Part shown: piece by piece, positions 31,613-38,604 of the stretch
Layout of the letters: every line of letters starts with the position of its first letter
Numbering within the stretch: the stretch's first letter is position 1
DNA from: Anaerolineae bacterium
GTDB lineage: Bacteria > Chloroflexota > Anaerolineae > CG2-30-64-16
DNA: 38,604 nt
Assembly: GCA_034433275.1 (NCBI GenBank)
Contig: DAOUAT010000364.1
Span: 1-38,604 of the forward strand
Reading direction: 5' to 3'
Position numbers and translations under genes: made by a program
Notes under the pieces: model-generated
Seen by the model: the letters and a program-made list of their open reading frames with translations, nothing else
Database searches by the model: none
What the model was told of the DNA's origin: nothing

Positions 31613-32790
31613 CACCGCCCAAGCTTTGGATCGAAACCGCGCACGAAACGTGGCCCGGCCCGGCCGACGAGGGAACCGGCATCATCATTCGCACCTTATC
31701 AACTGAGGACCGCTTTCTGGCGTTGTTGGCGCATGGGAACGGGTGGGCTACCCCAGATCCTCGTGCCGCGCTGCTGGCTGCCTGGGAGGCGTTGGCCTGG
31801 GGGGCTGAGTTCACGCTCACCGGCGAGCGCCTGCTGGCGAAGTTGCCGGTCGGCATGCACCTGCCGTGGGCCGCGCTGGAAGCGGGGCCGGCGAGCGCTG
31901 CGGGGGGCGGATCAGGGCAACTGCTGGAGTGCGACGCGCCACCGATGTTCTATGCGCGGCGCGGGGAGGTCGTGCTGCTGCCCGTCATCGAGGAAGAGGC
32001 GCACGGCCGGTTGTTACGTCGCTGCGACTTCGACGTTCGGGACGGCGACCACCTGGCGTTGGTCAGCGAAAACTACATTCGCGCCAAAGGCGGCGCCCAA
32101 CCGTGGTGCTGGCGCGATATCGCTGTATCCATCCGTCGCTTGATAGTCACGGGGGGCAGCGCGGCGGAACTGGCGGGGGCATTGGCGCGGATAGCGAATC
32201 AGCGAATCAGCGAATCAACGAATCAGCGAATCGGTGAATTCGCCATTCGCCATTCACCATTCGCCATCCTTGCCATGCGCGTCCGGCCCGTGCGCAGCGT
32301 GAGGGTGTGGACCGGCCCGCCGGCCGAGCGGAAACGGGATCAGGCGGCGTTAGCGCAGCTCTTGGCAGAGGAGGGTCGCCGCGTCATCTGCGGTGACACG
32401 ACGGCTGAGATCGCGGCCCGACTGCTGGGCGGCAGACTGGCGATGGACCCGCCGCCGCCGGAGGGTTGGGGCGAAGTGCCGCCGACCTTGCGCCTGGCCG
32501 GGGCCGCCGAGCGGGTGGATTTGATCACCGAAGGCGCGGTGACGCTCCATGTGGCGCAGCAACGGCTAGCCGAGACGCAGCGGCCGCGCGACCTGGCAGG
32601 CCGCAGCGATGGCGCTTCTCAGCTGGCAAAGCTGTTATTGGAAGCGGACAAGGTCACCTTTCTGGTCGGCCTGGCTGTGAACCCGGCTCAAACGGAGCGG
32701 GATGGAACGCCGTTGCGCAAGGCCGCGGTCGAGGATCTGGTGCAGAGGTTGAGGGCACGCGGCAAGATCGTGTCTGTGACATTTTTCTGA
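31609..32790 (+). CDS. SpoIIE/PP2C-like protein with an apparently degenerate catalytic site plus a C-terminal domain of unknown function; carries an in-frame repeat insertion
   Basis: ATG 31609 overlaps the PHP stop (ATGA). The ORF is open from GTG 31597. SpoIIE-like spacing is present (...LLAHGNGW..P..AAL...ECDAPPMFYARRGEVVLL...VRDGDHLALVSENYI). However, the usual GD..D, DVSGHG and SDG acidic residues are replaced. The C-terminal half (VICGDTTAEIAARLLG...VDLITEGAVTL...) is a type I recall seeing next to hydrogenase-operon phosphatases. Confidence 0.55.
   Translation: MTPPKLWIETAHETWPGPADEGTGIIIRTLSTEDRFLALLAHGNGWATPDPRAALLAAWEALAWGAEFTLTGERLLAKLPVGMHLPWAALEAGPASAAGGGSGQLLECDAPPMFYARRGEVVLLPVIEEEAHGRLLRRCDFDVRDGDHLALVSENYIRAKGGAQPWCWRDIAVSIRRLIVTGGSAAELAGALARIANQRISESTNQRIGEFAIRHSPFAILAMRVRPVRSVRVWTGPPAERKRDQAALAQLLAEEGRRVICGDTTAEIAARLLGGRLAMDPPPPEGWGEVPPTLRLAGAAERVDLITEGAVTLHVAQQRLAETQRPRDLAGRSDGASQLAKLLLEADKVTFLVGLAVNPAQTERDGTPLRKAAVEDLVQRLRARGKIVSVTFF
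32194..32267. repeat. Palindromic simple-repeat element inside the CDS: five GCGAATCA-type octamers followed by four ATTCGCC-type heptamers
   Basis: gcgaatca gcgaatca gcgaatca acgaatca gcgaatcg gtga attcgcc attcgcc attcacc attcgcc. The arms are mutually complementary through the gcgaat/attcgc core. It translates in frame as ANQRISESTNQRIGEFAIRHSPFAI. It shares the CGAAT/ATTCG core with the element at 17843..17924. Confidence 0.75.
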
Positions 32791-32847
32791 TTTCTTATCA
32801 GGGGAAGATTTGTATACGCGATACCCCACCGAAGGAGGGACTCGTTC

Positions 32848-33693
32848 ATGGAAAAACCCAAGATCGGCGTCTATGTCTGTGACTGTGGCGTGAACATTGC
32901 GGCCACAGTCAATGTCCCCGAGGTCGTCAAGTTCTCGGAGGGGCTGCCGAACGTGACCGTGGCGCGCGAGTACAAGTATATGTGCTCCGATCCCGGCCAA
33001 AAGATGATCAAGGAGGACATCAAACAATTCGGGCTGGACCGTGTCGTCGTCGCAGCATGTACGCCCCGCATGCACGAACCGACCTTTCAAAACGCCGTCA
33101 ACGAAGCTGGCATGAACCCGTACCACTTCGCCATGGCGAACATCCGCGAGCACGTCTCCTGGGTGGTCAAGGACGTGCCCGCGGGCACCGAAAAGGCTAA
33201 GCGCCTGGTCAACGCCACTGTGATGCGCGTGGCGCTGCAAACCGAGCTGTACGCGCGCAAGGAACCGGTGACGCCGGCCGCGCTGATCGTCGGCGGTGGC
33301 ATCGCCGGCATCCAGGCTGCGCTCACGGTCGCTGATGCAGGCTACAAGGTGTACCTGGTCGAGCGGGAATCGTCCATCGGCGGGCACATGGCCCAGCTGG
33401 ACAAAACGTTCCCCACGCTCGACTGTAGCACCTGAATTCTGGGGCCCAAAATGATGGATGCCGGTCGGCATCCCCAGATAGAGCTCCTGACCTACAGCGA
33501 AATCGAAGAAGTGTCGGGCTACGTGGGTAACTTCAAAGTGAAGGTGCGCAAAAAGGCCCGCTACGTGGACACCGAGGCGTGCACCGGTTGCGGCTTGTGC
33601 TGGCAGGAATGCCTCACCGTGCGCATCCCGCAGCTCAAGCTCATCAAGATGGGCGAGATGAGCCTGGGTGAAAGGAGGCCCGGCGACCGATGA
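32848..33693 (+). CDS. hdrA: HdrA N-terminal fragment: N-terminal 4Fe-4S domain, FAD (GxGxxG) region and the first CxxCxxCxxxC motif of the inserted ferredoxin domain; selenoprotein with in-frame UGA at 33433..33435
   Basis: ORFs 32848..33435 and 33451..33693 share one frame. The junction reads [37 protein letters not shown]. This matches the conserved HdrA ...LDKTFPT.DCS.C(U)IL.PKM... segment, in which some organisms use Sec. GGAGGG lies upstream of ATG 32848. It ends ...RYVDTEACTGCGLCWQECL... and stops at 33693, overlapping the next start (ATGA). Confidence 0.8.
33456..33473 (+). promoter_or_regulatory. Candidate SECIS apical stem-loop (7-bp stem, GGUC loop) downstream of the hdrA UGA
   Basis: ggatgcc-ggtc-ggcatcc, flanked by ctgggg (33439..33444) and ccccag (33473..33478), which can extend the helix. 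The loop sequence is the same as in the E. coli fdhF SECIS (gcaGGUCugc). It starts 20 nt after the UGA. Confidence 0.55.
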
Positions 33694-34241
33694 ACGAGTA
33701 CAGCACGCAACGCGTCGAAGAGATCATCCGCAGCTACAACTCGGACATGACCAACGGCCTGGCCATCCTCCAGGATATCCAGCGTGAGTATAACTACCTC
33801 CCGCGCCAGGCACTTGAACTGGTTGCCGAGCGCGTGGGCCTGCCGCCGGGGCACGTCTATCGCCTCGCCACCTTCTTCAAGGCGTTCAGCCTCAACCCCA
33901 AGGGCGAGCACCAGTGCAAGGTCTGCCTGGGCACCGCCTGCCACGTCAAGGGCGGCGCGTTGATCCTGGAGACGTTGGAGAAGGAGCTGGGCGTCAAGGC
34001 GGGCATCACCACGGCCGACGGCAAGTTTTCGCTGGAAGGGGTGCGCTGCCTGGGCGCCTGCGCCCTGGCGCCGATCGTCGTGATTGACGATGAGCCGTTG
34101 GGACAGATGACATCGGATGCCGCCGCCAGCAAACTGCGCGACCTGCGCGCCGGCAAGGCGGTGCCCGTGCCGGCCCAGGTGGCGCCCAAAGTTGCTGCCA
34201 AGACGCCGGTGGACCGCTCAGCCGTGCCGCCGAAAGGATAA
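33690..34241 (+). CDS. NuoE/HydC-like thioredoxin-fold [2Fe-2S] subunit (second copy)
   Basis: LAILQDIQREYNYLP...ATFFKAFSL.PKGEH..KVCLGTACHVKGG...VRCLGACALAPIVVIDD. AAAGGAGG lies upstream. It has a C-terminal Ala/Pro/Lys-rich tail. Confidence 0.85.
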   Translation: MNEYSTQRVEEIIRSYNSDMTNGLAILQDIQREYNYLPRQALELVAERVGLPPGHVYRLATFFKAFSLNPKGEHQCKVCLGTACHVKGGALILETLEKELGVKAGITTADGKFSLEGVRCLGACALAPIVVIDDEPLGQMTSDAAASKLRDLRAGKAVPVPAQVAPKVAAKTPVDRSAVPPKG

Positions 34242-34247
34242 GCCAAG

Positions 34248-34622
34248 ATGCCTCAACTCAAAAGCTTAGACGAACTCCGCTCCTTGCGCGCGCGGCTGCA
34301 ACAGGATATCAAAACCCGCACCGAGACCAGCACGACTATCACCGTCGGCATGGGGACGTGCGGCATCGCGGCCGGTGCGCGCGAGGTGATGCAGGCCTTT
34401 TGGGACGAGCTGGCGGCCCGCCAGATTGACGCCCATGTCGTCACCACCGGCTGCATCGGCATGTGCTCCAAGGAGCCGCTGGTAGACATCCAACAGGGCG
34501 ATGGCCCGCGCATCACTTACGGCAACATAGACACAACCATGGTGCCGCGCATCATCGAAGAGCACATCATCCAGGGGCATGTGGTGAGCCCGTGGGTGGT
34601 GGGCCAGGCGGCGAGGGGGTAA
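34248..34622 (+). CDS. Small thioredoxin-like (2Fe-2S) ferredoxin-domain protein (HydD-like position between the NuoE-like and NuoF-like genes)
   Basis: 124 aa. ITVGMGTCGIAAGAREV...VVTTGCIGMCSKEPLVDI...YGN......I.EEHI..G. The same position and size are seen for the small fourth subunit described for some NADH-dependent [FeFe] hydrogenase operons. Confidence 0.7.
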   Translation: MPQLKSLDELRSLRARLQQDIKTRTETSTTITVGMGTCGIAAGAREVMQAFWDELAARQIDAHVVTTGCIGMCSKEPLVDIQQGDGPRITYGNIDTTMVPRIIEEHIIQGHVVSPWVVGQAARG

Positions 34623-34624
34623 AG

Positions 34625-36550
34625 ATGGCAGATCCTTCGACTCCACTCAGGATGCACCGAGCCGATGTCCTGGTCAGTTGTCTGCACGGCCGGGCCCCCG
34701 AATTCATCCCCACCTTGAAAGAGGAGATCGCCCAGCGCGGCCTGGCCGAAGAGGTCAGGGTGGTTGAGACCGGCTGCCGCGGCTTCTGCAGCATGGGGCC
34801 GGTGCTCACGATCGAGCCCGGCGGCGTTTTCTACGCCAACGTACAAGCGGCCGACGTCCCCGAACTGGTTGAAGAGACGCTGGTGAAGGGCCGTGTGGTG
34901 CAGAAGCTGTTGTACAAGGAGCCGGTGGGCCGCAAGGCCGTGCAAAAGTACGAGCAGATCCCGTTCTACGCCAAACAGATGCGCATCGTCCTGGGCAATT
35001 CCGGCCGCATCGAGCCGACCTCCATTGAAGAGTACATCGCGGTCGGCGGCTACGAAGCCCTGGGTAAGGCGCTGGCTTCGCTGACACCGGAGCAGGTGAT
35101 TGACGAGGTCAAGAAGTCCGGTCTGCGCGGGCGCGGGGGCGCGGGGTTCTACACCGGCCGGAAGTGGGAGCACACCCGCCACGCGGCCGGAGACGTGAAA
35201 TACATCATCGCCAACGGTGACGAGGGCGATCCGGGCGCGTTCATGGATCGCGCCTTGATGGAAGGCGATCCGCACGCGGTGCTCGAGGGGATGATCATCG
35301 GCGGGTATGCTGTGGGCGCACACCAGGGCTACATCTACGTGCGCGACGAATATCCCTTGGCGGTGAAGAACCTCGGCATCGCGCTCGGCCAGGCGCGCGA
35401 GTTCGGCCTGCTCGGCGCCGACATCCTGGGCTCCGGCTTCGATTTCGATATCAAGATCGTGCGCGGGGCCGGCGCGTTTGTGTGCGGCGAGTCCTCGGCG
35501 CTGATGCAATCGCTGGAGGGCAAGGTTGGCGAGCCGCGGGCCAAGCACGTCCACGCCACCGACCGCGGCTTGTGGGATCGGCCCTCATGCCTCAACAACG
35601 TCGAAACCTGGGCCAACATCCCGCACATCATTAACCAGGGCGCGGACTGGTTCGCCAGCATCGGCACCGAGCACAGTAAGGGCACCAAGGCATTCTGTCT
35701 GGTGGGCAAGGTGCGCAACCCCGGCCTGATCGAAGTGCCCATGGGGATGAGCCTGAAGAGCATCGTCAACGACATCGGCGGCGGGCCGCCCAAGGGCCGT
35801 AAGATCAAGGCGGTGCAGACCGGCGGGCCGTCCGGCGGCTGCATCCCGGCCGACAAGCTCGACATCCCGGTGGACTACGAAACCCTGACCGAAGCCGGCT
35901 CCATGATGGGCTCCGGCGGCATGATCGTGCTGGATGACCGGACCTGCATGGTGGACATCGCCCGCTACTTCCTGGAGTTCCTCAAGGACGAGTCCTGCGG
36001 CAAGTGCTCCACCTGCCGCGAGGGCATCAAGCGCATGTTGGAGATCCTGACCCGCATCGCTGATGGCACGACCAGGCCGGGCGACCTGCCGATGTTGGAG
36101 GCGCTGGCGAAGACAGTCGCTTCCTCTTCGTTGTGCGGCCTGGGCAAGTCGGCGCCGAACCCGGTCATCAGCACCCTGCGCTACTTCCGCCACGAGTACG
36201 AGCAGCACATCAACCAGCAGTTCTGCGAGTCCGGTGTGTGCCGCGATCTGGTGGCGTTCGTGATCCTGGAGGACAAGTGCAAGGGCTGCGGCTTGTGCAT
36301 CAAGGTCTGCTCGCAGGATGGCATCTCCGGTTCGCTGAAACAGCCGCACGAGATTGACCAGGTGAAGTGCATCCAGTGCGGCGCGTGCTTCGAGGCGTGC
36401 AATCTCAACGCCATCCAGATCGTGCCGCGGTCGACCGTGGTGGTCGGCCAGACAACCGTGCCGGTGCTCACGCAACCGACGGCGGGCGCCGCCGGTCGAA
36501 AGGCGCAAAGCGGCGGCAACGGCAACGGCCGCAAGGCTGCGGGGAGGTGA
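34625..36550 (+). CDS. NuoF/HydB-like NAD(H)/FMN subunit (second copy) with a C-terminal 2x[4Fe-4S] domain
   Basis: ATG 34625 lies 2 nt after the upstream TAA. The ORF track extends it spuriously to 34463. GLRGRGGAGFYTGRKWE...YIIANGDEGDPGAFMDR, ESCGKCSTCREG...CGLG, CKGCGLCIKVCS...CIQCGACFEACN. It is colinear with 20040..21956. Confidence 0.9.
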   Translation: MADPSTPLRMHRADVLVSCLHGRAPEFIPTLKEEIAQRGLAEEVRVVETGCRGFCSMGPVLTIEPGGVFYANVQAADVPELVEETLVKGRVVQKLLYKEPVGRKAVQKYEQIPFYAKQMRIVLGNSGRIEPTSIEEYIAVGGYEALGKALASLTPEQVIDEVKKSGLRGRGGAGFYTGRKWEHTRHAAGDVKYIIANGDEGDPGAFMDRALMEGDPHAVLEGMIIGGYAVGAHQGYIYVRDEYPLAVKNLGIALGQAREFGLLGADILGSGFDFDIKIVRGAGAFVCGESSALMQSLEGKVGEPRAKHVHATDRGLWDRPSCLNNVETWANIPHIINQGADWFASIGTEHSKGTKAFCLVGKVRNPGLIEVPMGMSLKSIVNDIGGGPPKGRKIKAVQTGGPSGGCIPADKLDIPVDYETLTEAGSMMGSGGMIVLDDRTCMVDIARYFLEFLKDESCGKCSTCREGIKRMLEILTRIADGTTRPGDLPMLEALAKTVASSSLCGLGKSAPNPVISTLRYFRHEYEQHINQQFCESGVCRDLVAFVILEDKCKGCGLCIKVCSQDGISGSLKQPHEIDQVKCIQCGACFEACNLNAIQIVPRSTVVVGQTTVPVLTQPTAGAAGRKAQSGGNGNGRKAAGR

Positions 36551-36554
36551 AGAC

Positions 36555-38354
36555 ATGGCAAAATCAACCCTGACGATTGACGGTCAGATCATCCAGGCCG
36601 ACGGCAGCATGACCATCCTGGAGGTCTGCCGCAAGAACAACATTCACATCCCCACGCTGTGCTACCATCCGGTGCTGGAACCGTACGGCGCGTGTCGCCT
36701 CTGCACCGTCGAGGTGACCCGCAAAGGCTGGTCGAGCCTGCACACCTCCTGCACGCATCCGGCGTGGGACGGGATCGAGGTGAAGACCAACTCGCCGGAG
36801 GTGCGCGAGGCGCGCAAGATGATCATGGGACTGATGCTCTCGCGCACCCCCAACGTGCCGATCATCCAGGAGTTGGCCGCGGAGTATGGCGTGGCCGAGC
36901 CACCCTTTGCCGTGGATGACCCCAACGAGAAGTGCATCCTGTGCGGGCTGTGCGTGCGGGTGTGCAACGACATGGTGCAGGCCCACGTGCTGAACTTCTC
37001 GGATCGGGGCGTGGATCGCAAGGTTGGCCCGCCGTTCATGGAGAAAACACGGCAGTGCATCGGCTGCGGCGCATGCACCATCGTCTGCCCCACCGGCGCC
37101 ATCGAGATCGTGCTGGAGCAAAACGGCATCTATGCCGAGAAGCCGCTCGGTCCCACGGCGGCCATCTACGTGCCGTCGCTGCAGGCAGTGCCCCGCGCGC
37201 CGGTGATCGACACCGACTCGTGCATCCGCTTCCGGCAGTACGACCGCTCCAACGGAGAGATCGCCGACGCGTGCGGCGCGTGCCAGCAGCTCTGCGAGGC
37301 GAACGCGATTGACTTCACCCAAAAGGACGAGGTCATCGAGCTGGACGTGGGCGCCATCATCGTGGCCACCGGCTTCCAGATGTGGGATTCCAGCAAGCTG
37401 AGCCAGTACTCTTACGGCAAGTCACCCAACATCATCACCGCGCTGGAGTTCGAACGGCTGTCCAACGCCAGCGGCCCCACCGGCGGCCAAATCGTCACCG
37501 CCGACGGGAAGACGCCGGAGCGAGTCGCGCTCATCCACTGCGTGGGCTCGCGCGACAAAAACGTCAACGCGCACGAATACTGCTCGCGCATCTGCTGCAT
37601 GTACTCGCTGAAGCAGGCCCACCTGGTGCGCGACAAGACGCACGCCGACGTGTACGAGTTCTACATGGACATGCGCGCGTTCGGCAAGGGCTACGAGGAG
37701 TTCTACGAGCGCGTCCAGGAAGAAGGGGTGGTGATGGTGCGCGGCCGCGGGGCCGAGGTGCAGGTGCTGCCCTCCGGCAAGCTGCGCGTGACGGGCGAGG
37801 ATGCCAACCTGGGCAAACTGGTGGCCGTGGACGTGGACATGGTGGTGCTGAGCTCGGCCATCGAGGCCCCGGCCGACGCGTCGAAGGTCGGCTCGCTGTT
37901 CGGCCTCTCCCGCACCTCCGACGGCTGGTTCGCCGAAGCGCATCCCAAGCTGAAGCCGGTGGAGACCAATACCGACGGCGTGTTCCTGGCCGGCTGCGCG
38001 CAGGGGCCGAAGGACGTGCCCGACACGGTGGCGCACGCGGGCGCGGCGGCCTCTCAAGTCCTCGCGCTGTTGAGCAAGGGCGAAGTGACCATCTCGCCGC
38101 AGGTTGCGATCGTGGACGAGAAGCTCTGCTCCGCGTGCAAGACCTGCCTGTCAGTGTGCCCGTATGGCGCCATCGGCTTCATCGTGGACGCGAACAGCGC
38201 GCGCATCAACGAGGCGCTGTGCAAGGGCTGCGGCACCTGCGTGGCAACCTGCCCGGCCGGCGCGATCACCGGCCAGCACTTCACTGATGAGCAGATCTAC
38301 GCGCAGATCGAGGGGCTGTTCCGGCTGCCGGAGCGGGTGGAGGTGGTAAGATGA
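36555..38354 (+). CDS. hdrA: Fusion protein: HydA/NuoG-type FeS N-terminus (2Fe-2S, 4Fe-4S clusters) joined to the C-terminal two-thirds of HdrA (rest of the inserted ferredoxin domain, FAD domain, C-terminal 2x[4Fe-4S])
   Basis: The N-terminus [15 protein letters not shown]...[19 protein letters not shown]...[12 protein letters not shown]...[16 protein letters not shown] parallels the FdhA N-terminus at 21976. From ...[21 protein letters not shown]...[15 protein letters not shown]...[14 protein letters not shown]...CVGSRD...[14 protein letters not shown]...[28 protein letters not shown]...[16 protein letters not shown]...[16 protein letters not shown] it is canonical HdrA. GGGAGGTGA lies upstream. 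Confidence 0.85.
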   Translation: MAKSTLTIDGQIIQADGSMTILEVCRKNNIHIPTLCYHPVLEPYGACRLCTVEVTRKGWSSLHTSCTHPAWDGIEVKTNSPEVREARKMIMGLMLSRTPNVPIIQELAAEYGVAEPPFAVDDPNEKCILCGLCVRVCNDMVQAHVLNFSDRGVDRKVGPPFMEKTRQCIGCGACTIVCPTGAIEIVLEQNGIYAEKPLGPTAAIYVPSLQAVPRAPVIDTDSCIRFRQYDRSNGEIADACGACQQLCEANAIDFTQKDEVIELDVGAIIVATGFQMWDSSKLSQYSYGKSPNIITALEFERLSNASGPTGGQIVTADGKTPERVALIHCVGSRDKNVNAHEYCSRICCMYSLKQAHLVRDKTHADVYEFYMDMRAFGKGYEEFYERVQEEGVVMVRGRGAEVQVLPSGKLRVTGEDANLGKLVAVDVDMVVLSSAIEAPADASKVGSLFGLSRTSDGWFAEAHPKLKPVETNTDGVFLAGCAQGPKDVPDTVAHAGAAASQVLALLSKGEVTISPQVAIVDEKLCSACKTCLSVCPYGAIGFIVDANSARINEALCKGCGTCVATCPAGAITGQHFTDEQIYAQIEGLFRLPERVEVVR

Positions 38355-38604
38355 GTACTAATGGTAAATTCGAGCCTCGTATTGTAGGCTTCCTCTGCAA
38401 CTGGTGTACCTACACCGCGGCCGACACCGCCGGCGTCTCGCGCATGGAGCAGCCGCCCAACGTGGACATCATCCGCTTCATGTGTACGGGCCGCATCGAG
38501 CCGGCCTTCGTGCTGAAGGCGTTCGCCGAAGGGGCCGATGGCGTGATCATCTCCGGCTGCCATCCGCCCGGCGATTGCCACTACACCAACGGCAACTACA
38601 AGAC
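38351..38604 (+). CDS. mvhD: MvhD-like (methyl-viologen-reducing hydrogenase delta subunit family) protein; 3' end lies beyond the window
   Basis: ATG 38351 overlaps the upstream TGA (ATGA). [31 protein letters not shown]...[38 protein letters not shown] is the MvhD signature. Confidence 0.85.
   Translation, partial: MSTNGKFEPRIVGFLCNWCTYTAADTAGVSRMEQPPNVDIIRFMCTGRIEPAFVLKAFAEGADGVIISGCHPPGDCHYTNGNYK

Noticed and set aside
3795-32815. TTGTAT recurring in five AT-richer intergenic regions (3795, ~7823, ~19046, ~28179, ~32807) as a shared -35 or regulatory motif
   Set aside because: Only the 3795 copy has a plausible -10 at 17-nt spacing. A hexamer recurring in AT-richer spacers is expected by chance, and there is no extended conserved context.
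33691-33693. Whether the TGA ending the HdrA N-fragment is a third Sec codon allowing read-through
   Set aside because: Read-through gives TSTARNASKRSSAATTRT, then a stop, with no HdrA similarity. The TGA is part of an ATGA overlap with a well-supported NuoE-like start preceded by AAAGGAGG.
34248-34830. Only three Cys in the small Trx-like ferredoxin (GTCGIAAGA...TGCIGMC), and only three in the N-terminal Trx-like domain of the second NuoF-like protein (VSCLHG...TGCRGFC), versus four in the first NuoF-like. This could be evidence for lost or His-ligated 2Fe-2S clusters
   Set aside because: I recall the TCGIAAGA form as common in this protein family, so it may be the normal state. Without an alignment or structure I cannot say whether a cluster is missing. 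It is noted only as something to check.
2391-38287. Many long antisense or off-frame ORFs. Examples: 2391..3338(-), 6536..7291(-), 8109..8999(-), 9516..10274(-), 12652..13440(-), 14077..14940(-), 16653..17393(-), 20313..20948(-), 21345..22037(-), 22051..22797(-), 34517..35554(-), 35585..36556(-), 36564..37322(-), 37382..38287(+)
   Set aside because: All overlap strongly supported + strand genes. They have Arg/Gly/Ala/His/Gln-rich low-information translations typical of shadow ORFs in GC-rich DNA and lack SD sequences. No domain motifs were recognisable.

Overview
GC-rich bacterial chromosomal window. I saw no rRNA, tRNA, CRISPR array, transposase or phage genes. The sequence style and the heptamer hairpin repeats suggest a Chloroflexota-like genome, but I could not verify this.

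Almost all genes are on the + strand. Gene content, left to right:
1. Two envelope genes: a DUF2723-type membrane glycosyltransferase (minus strand, runs off the left edge) and an O-antigen-ligase-like protein.
2. A partner-switching module: STAS antagonist, RsbW-like kinase, and a multi-GAF PP2C phosphatase. No sigma factor is present.
3. A two-component block: REC, two tandem Cache-HAMP histidine kinases, REC, and a REC-histidine kinase.
4. A four-subunit group 3b-type [NiFe] hydrogenase (hydB-G-D-A order) plus its maturation protease.
5. A 730-bp repeat-filled spacer.
6. A NuoE-like/NuoF-like/selenocysteine FdhA formate dehydrogenase.
7. A truncated formate/nitrite transporter.
8. A DRTGG protein, two REC proteins and a GAF-histidine kinase.
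9. hdrC-hdrB, then a DRTGG/HATPase/PHP/SpoIIE-like cassette, then a split selenocysteine hdrA wrapped around NuoE/HydD/NuoF-like genes, then mvhD (runs off the right edge).

Main points of interest:
- hdrA is split. Its C-terminal half is fused to a HydA/NuoG-type FeS domain. This suggests an NADH-linked HdrABC-type complex built on a HydABC-like scaffold.
- Three junctions lack a stop codon, so a signalling gene and a redox or transport gene read through in frame. Each junction still carries an internal SD+ATG.
- Two in-frame UGA (Sec) codons have downstream hairpins.
- There are many output-less REC proteins in paralogous pairs.
- A CGAAT/ATTCG palindromic simple-repeat element occurs twice, once in frame inside a CDS.

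All functional calls come from motif recognition by eye. No database search was possible.
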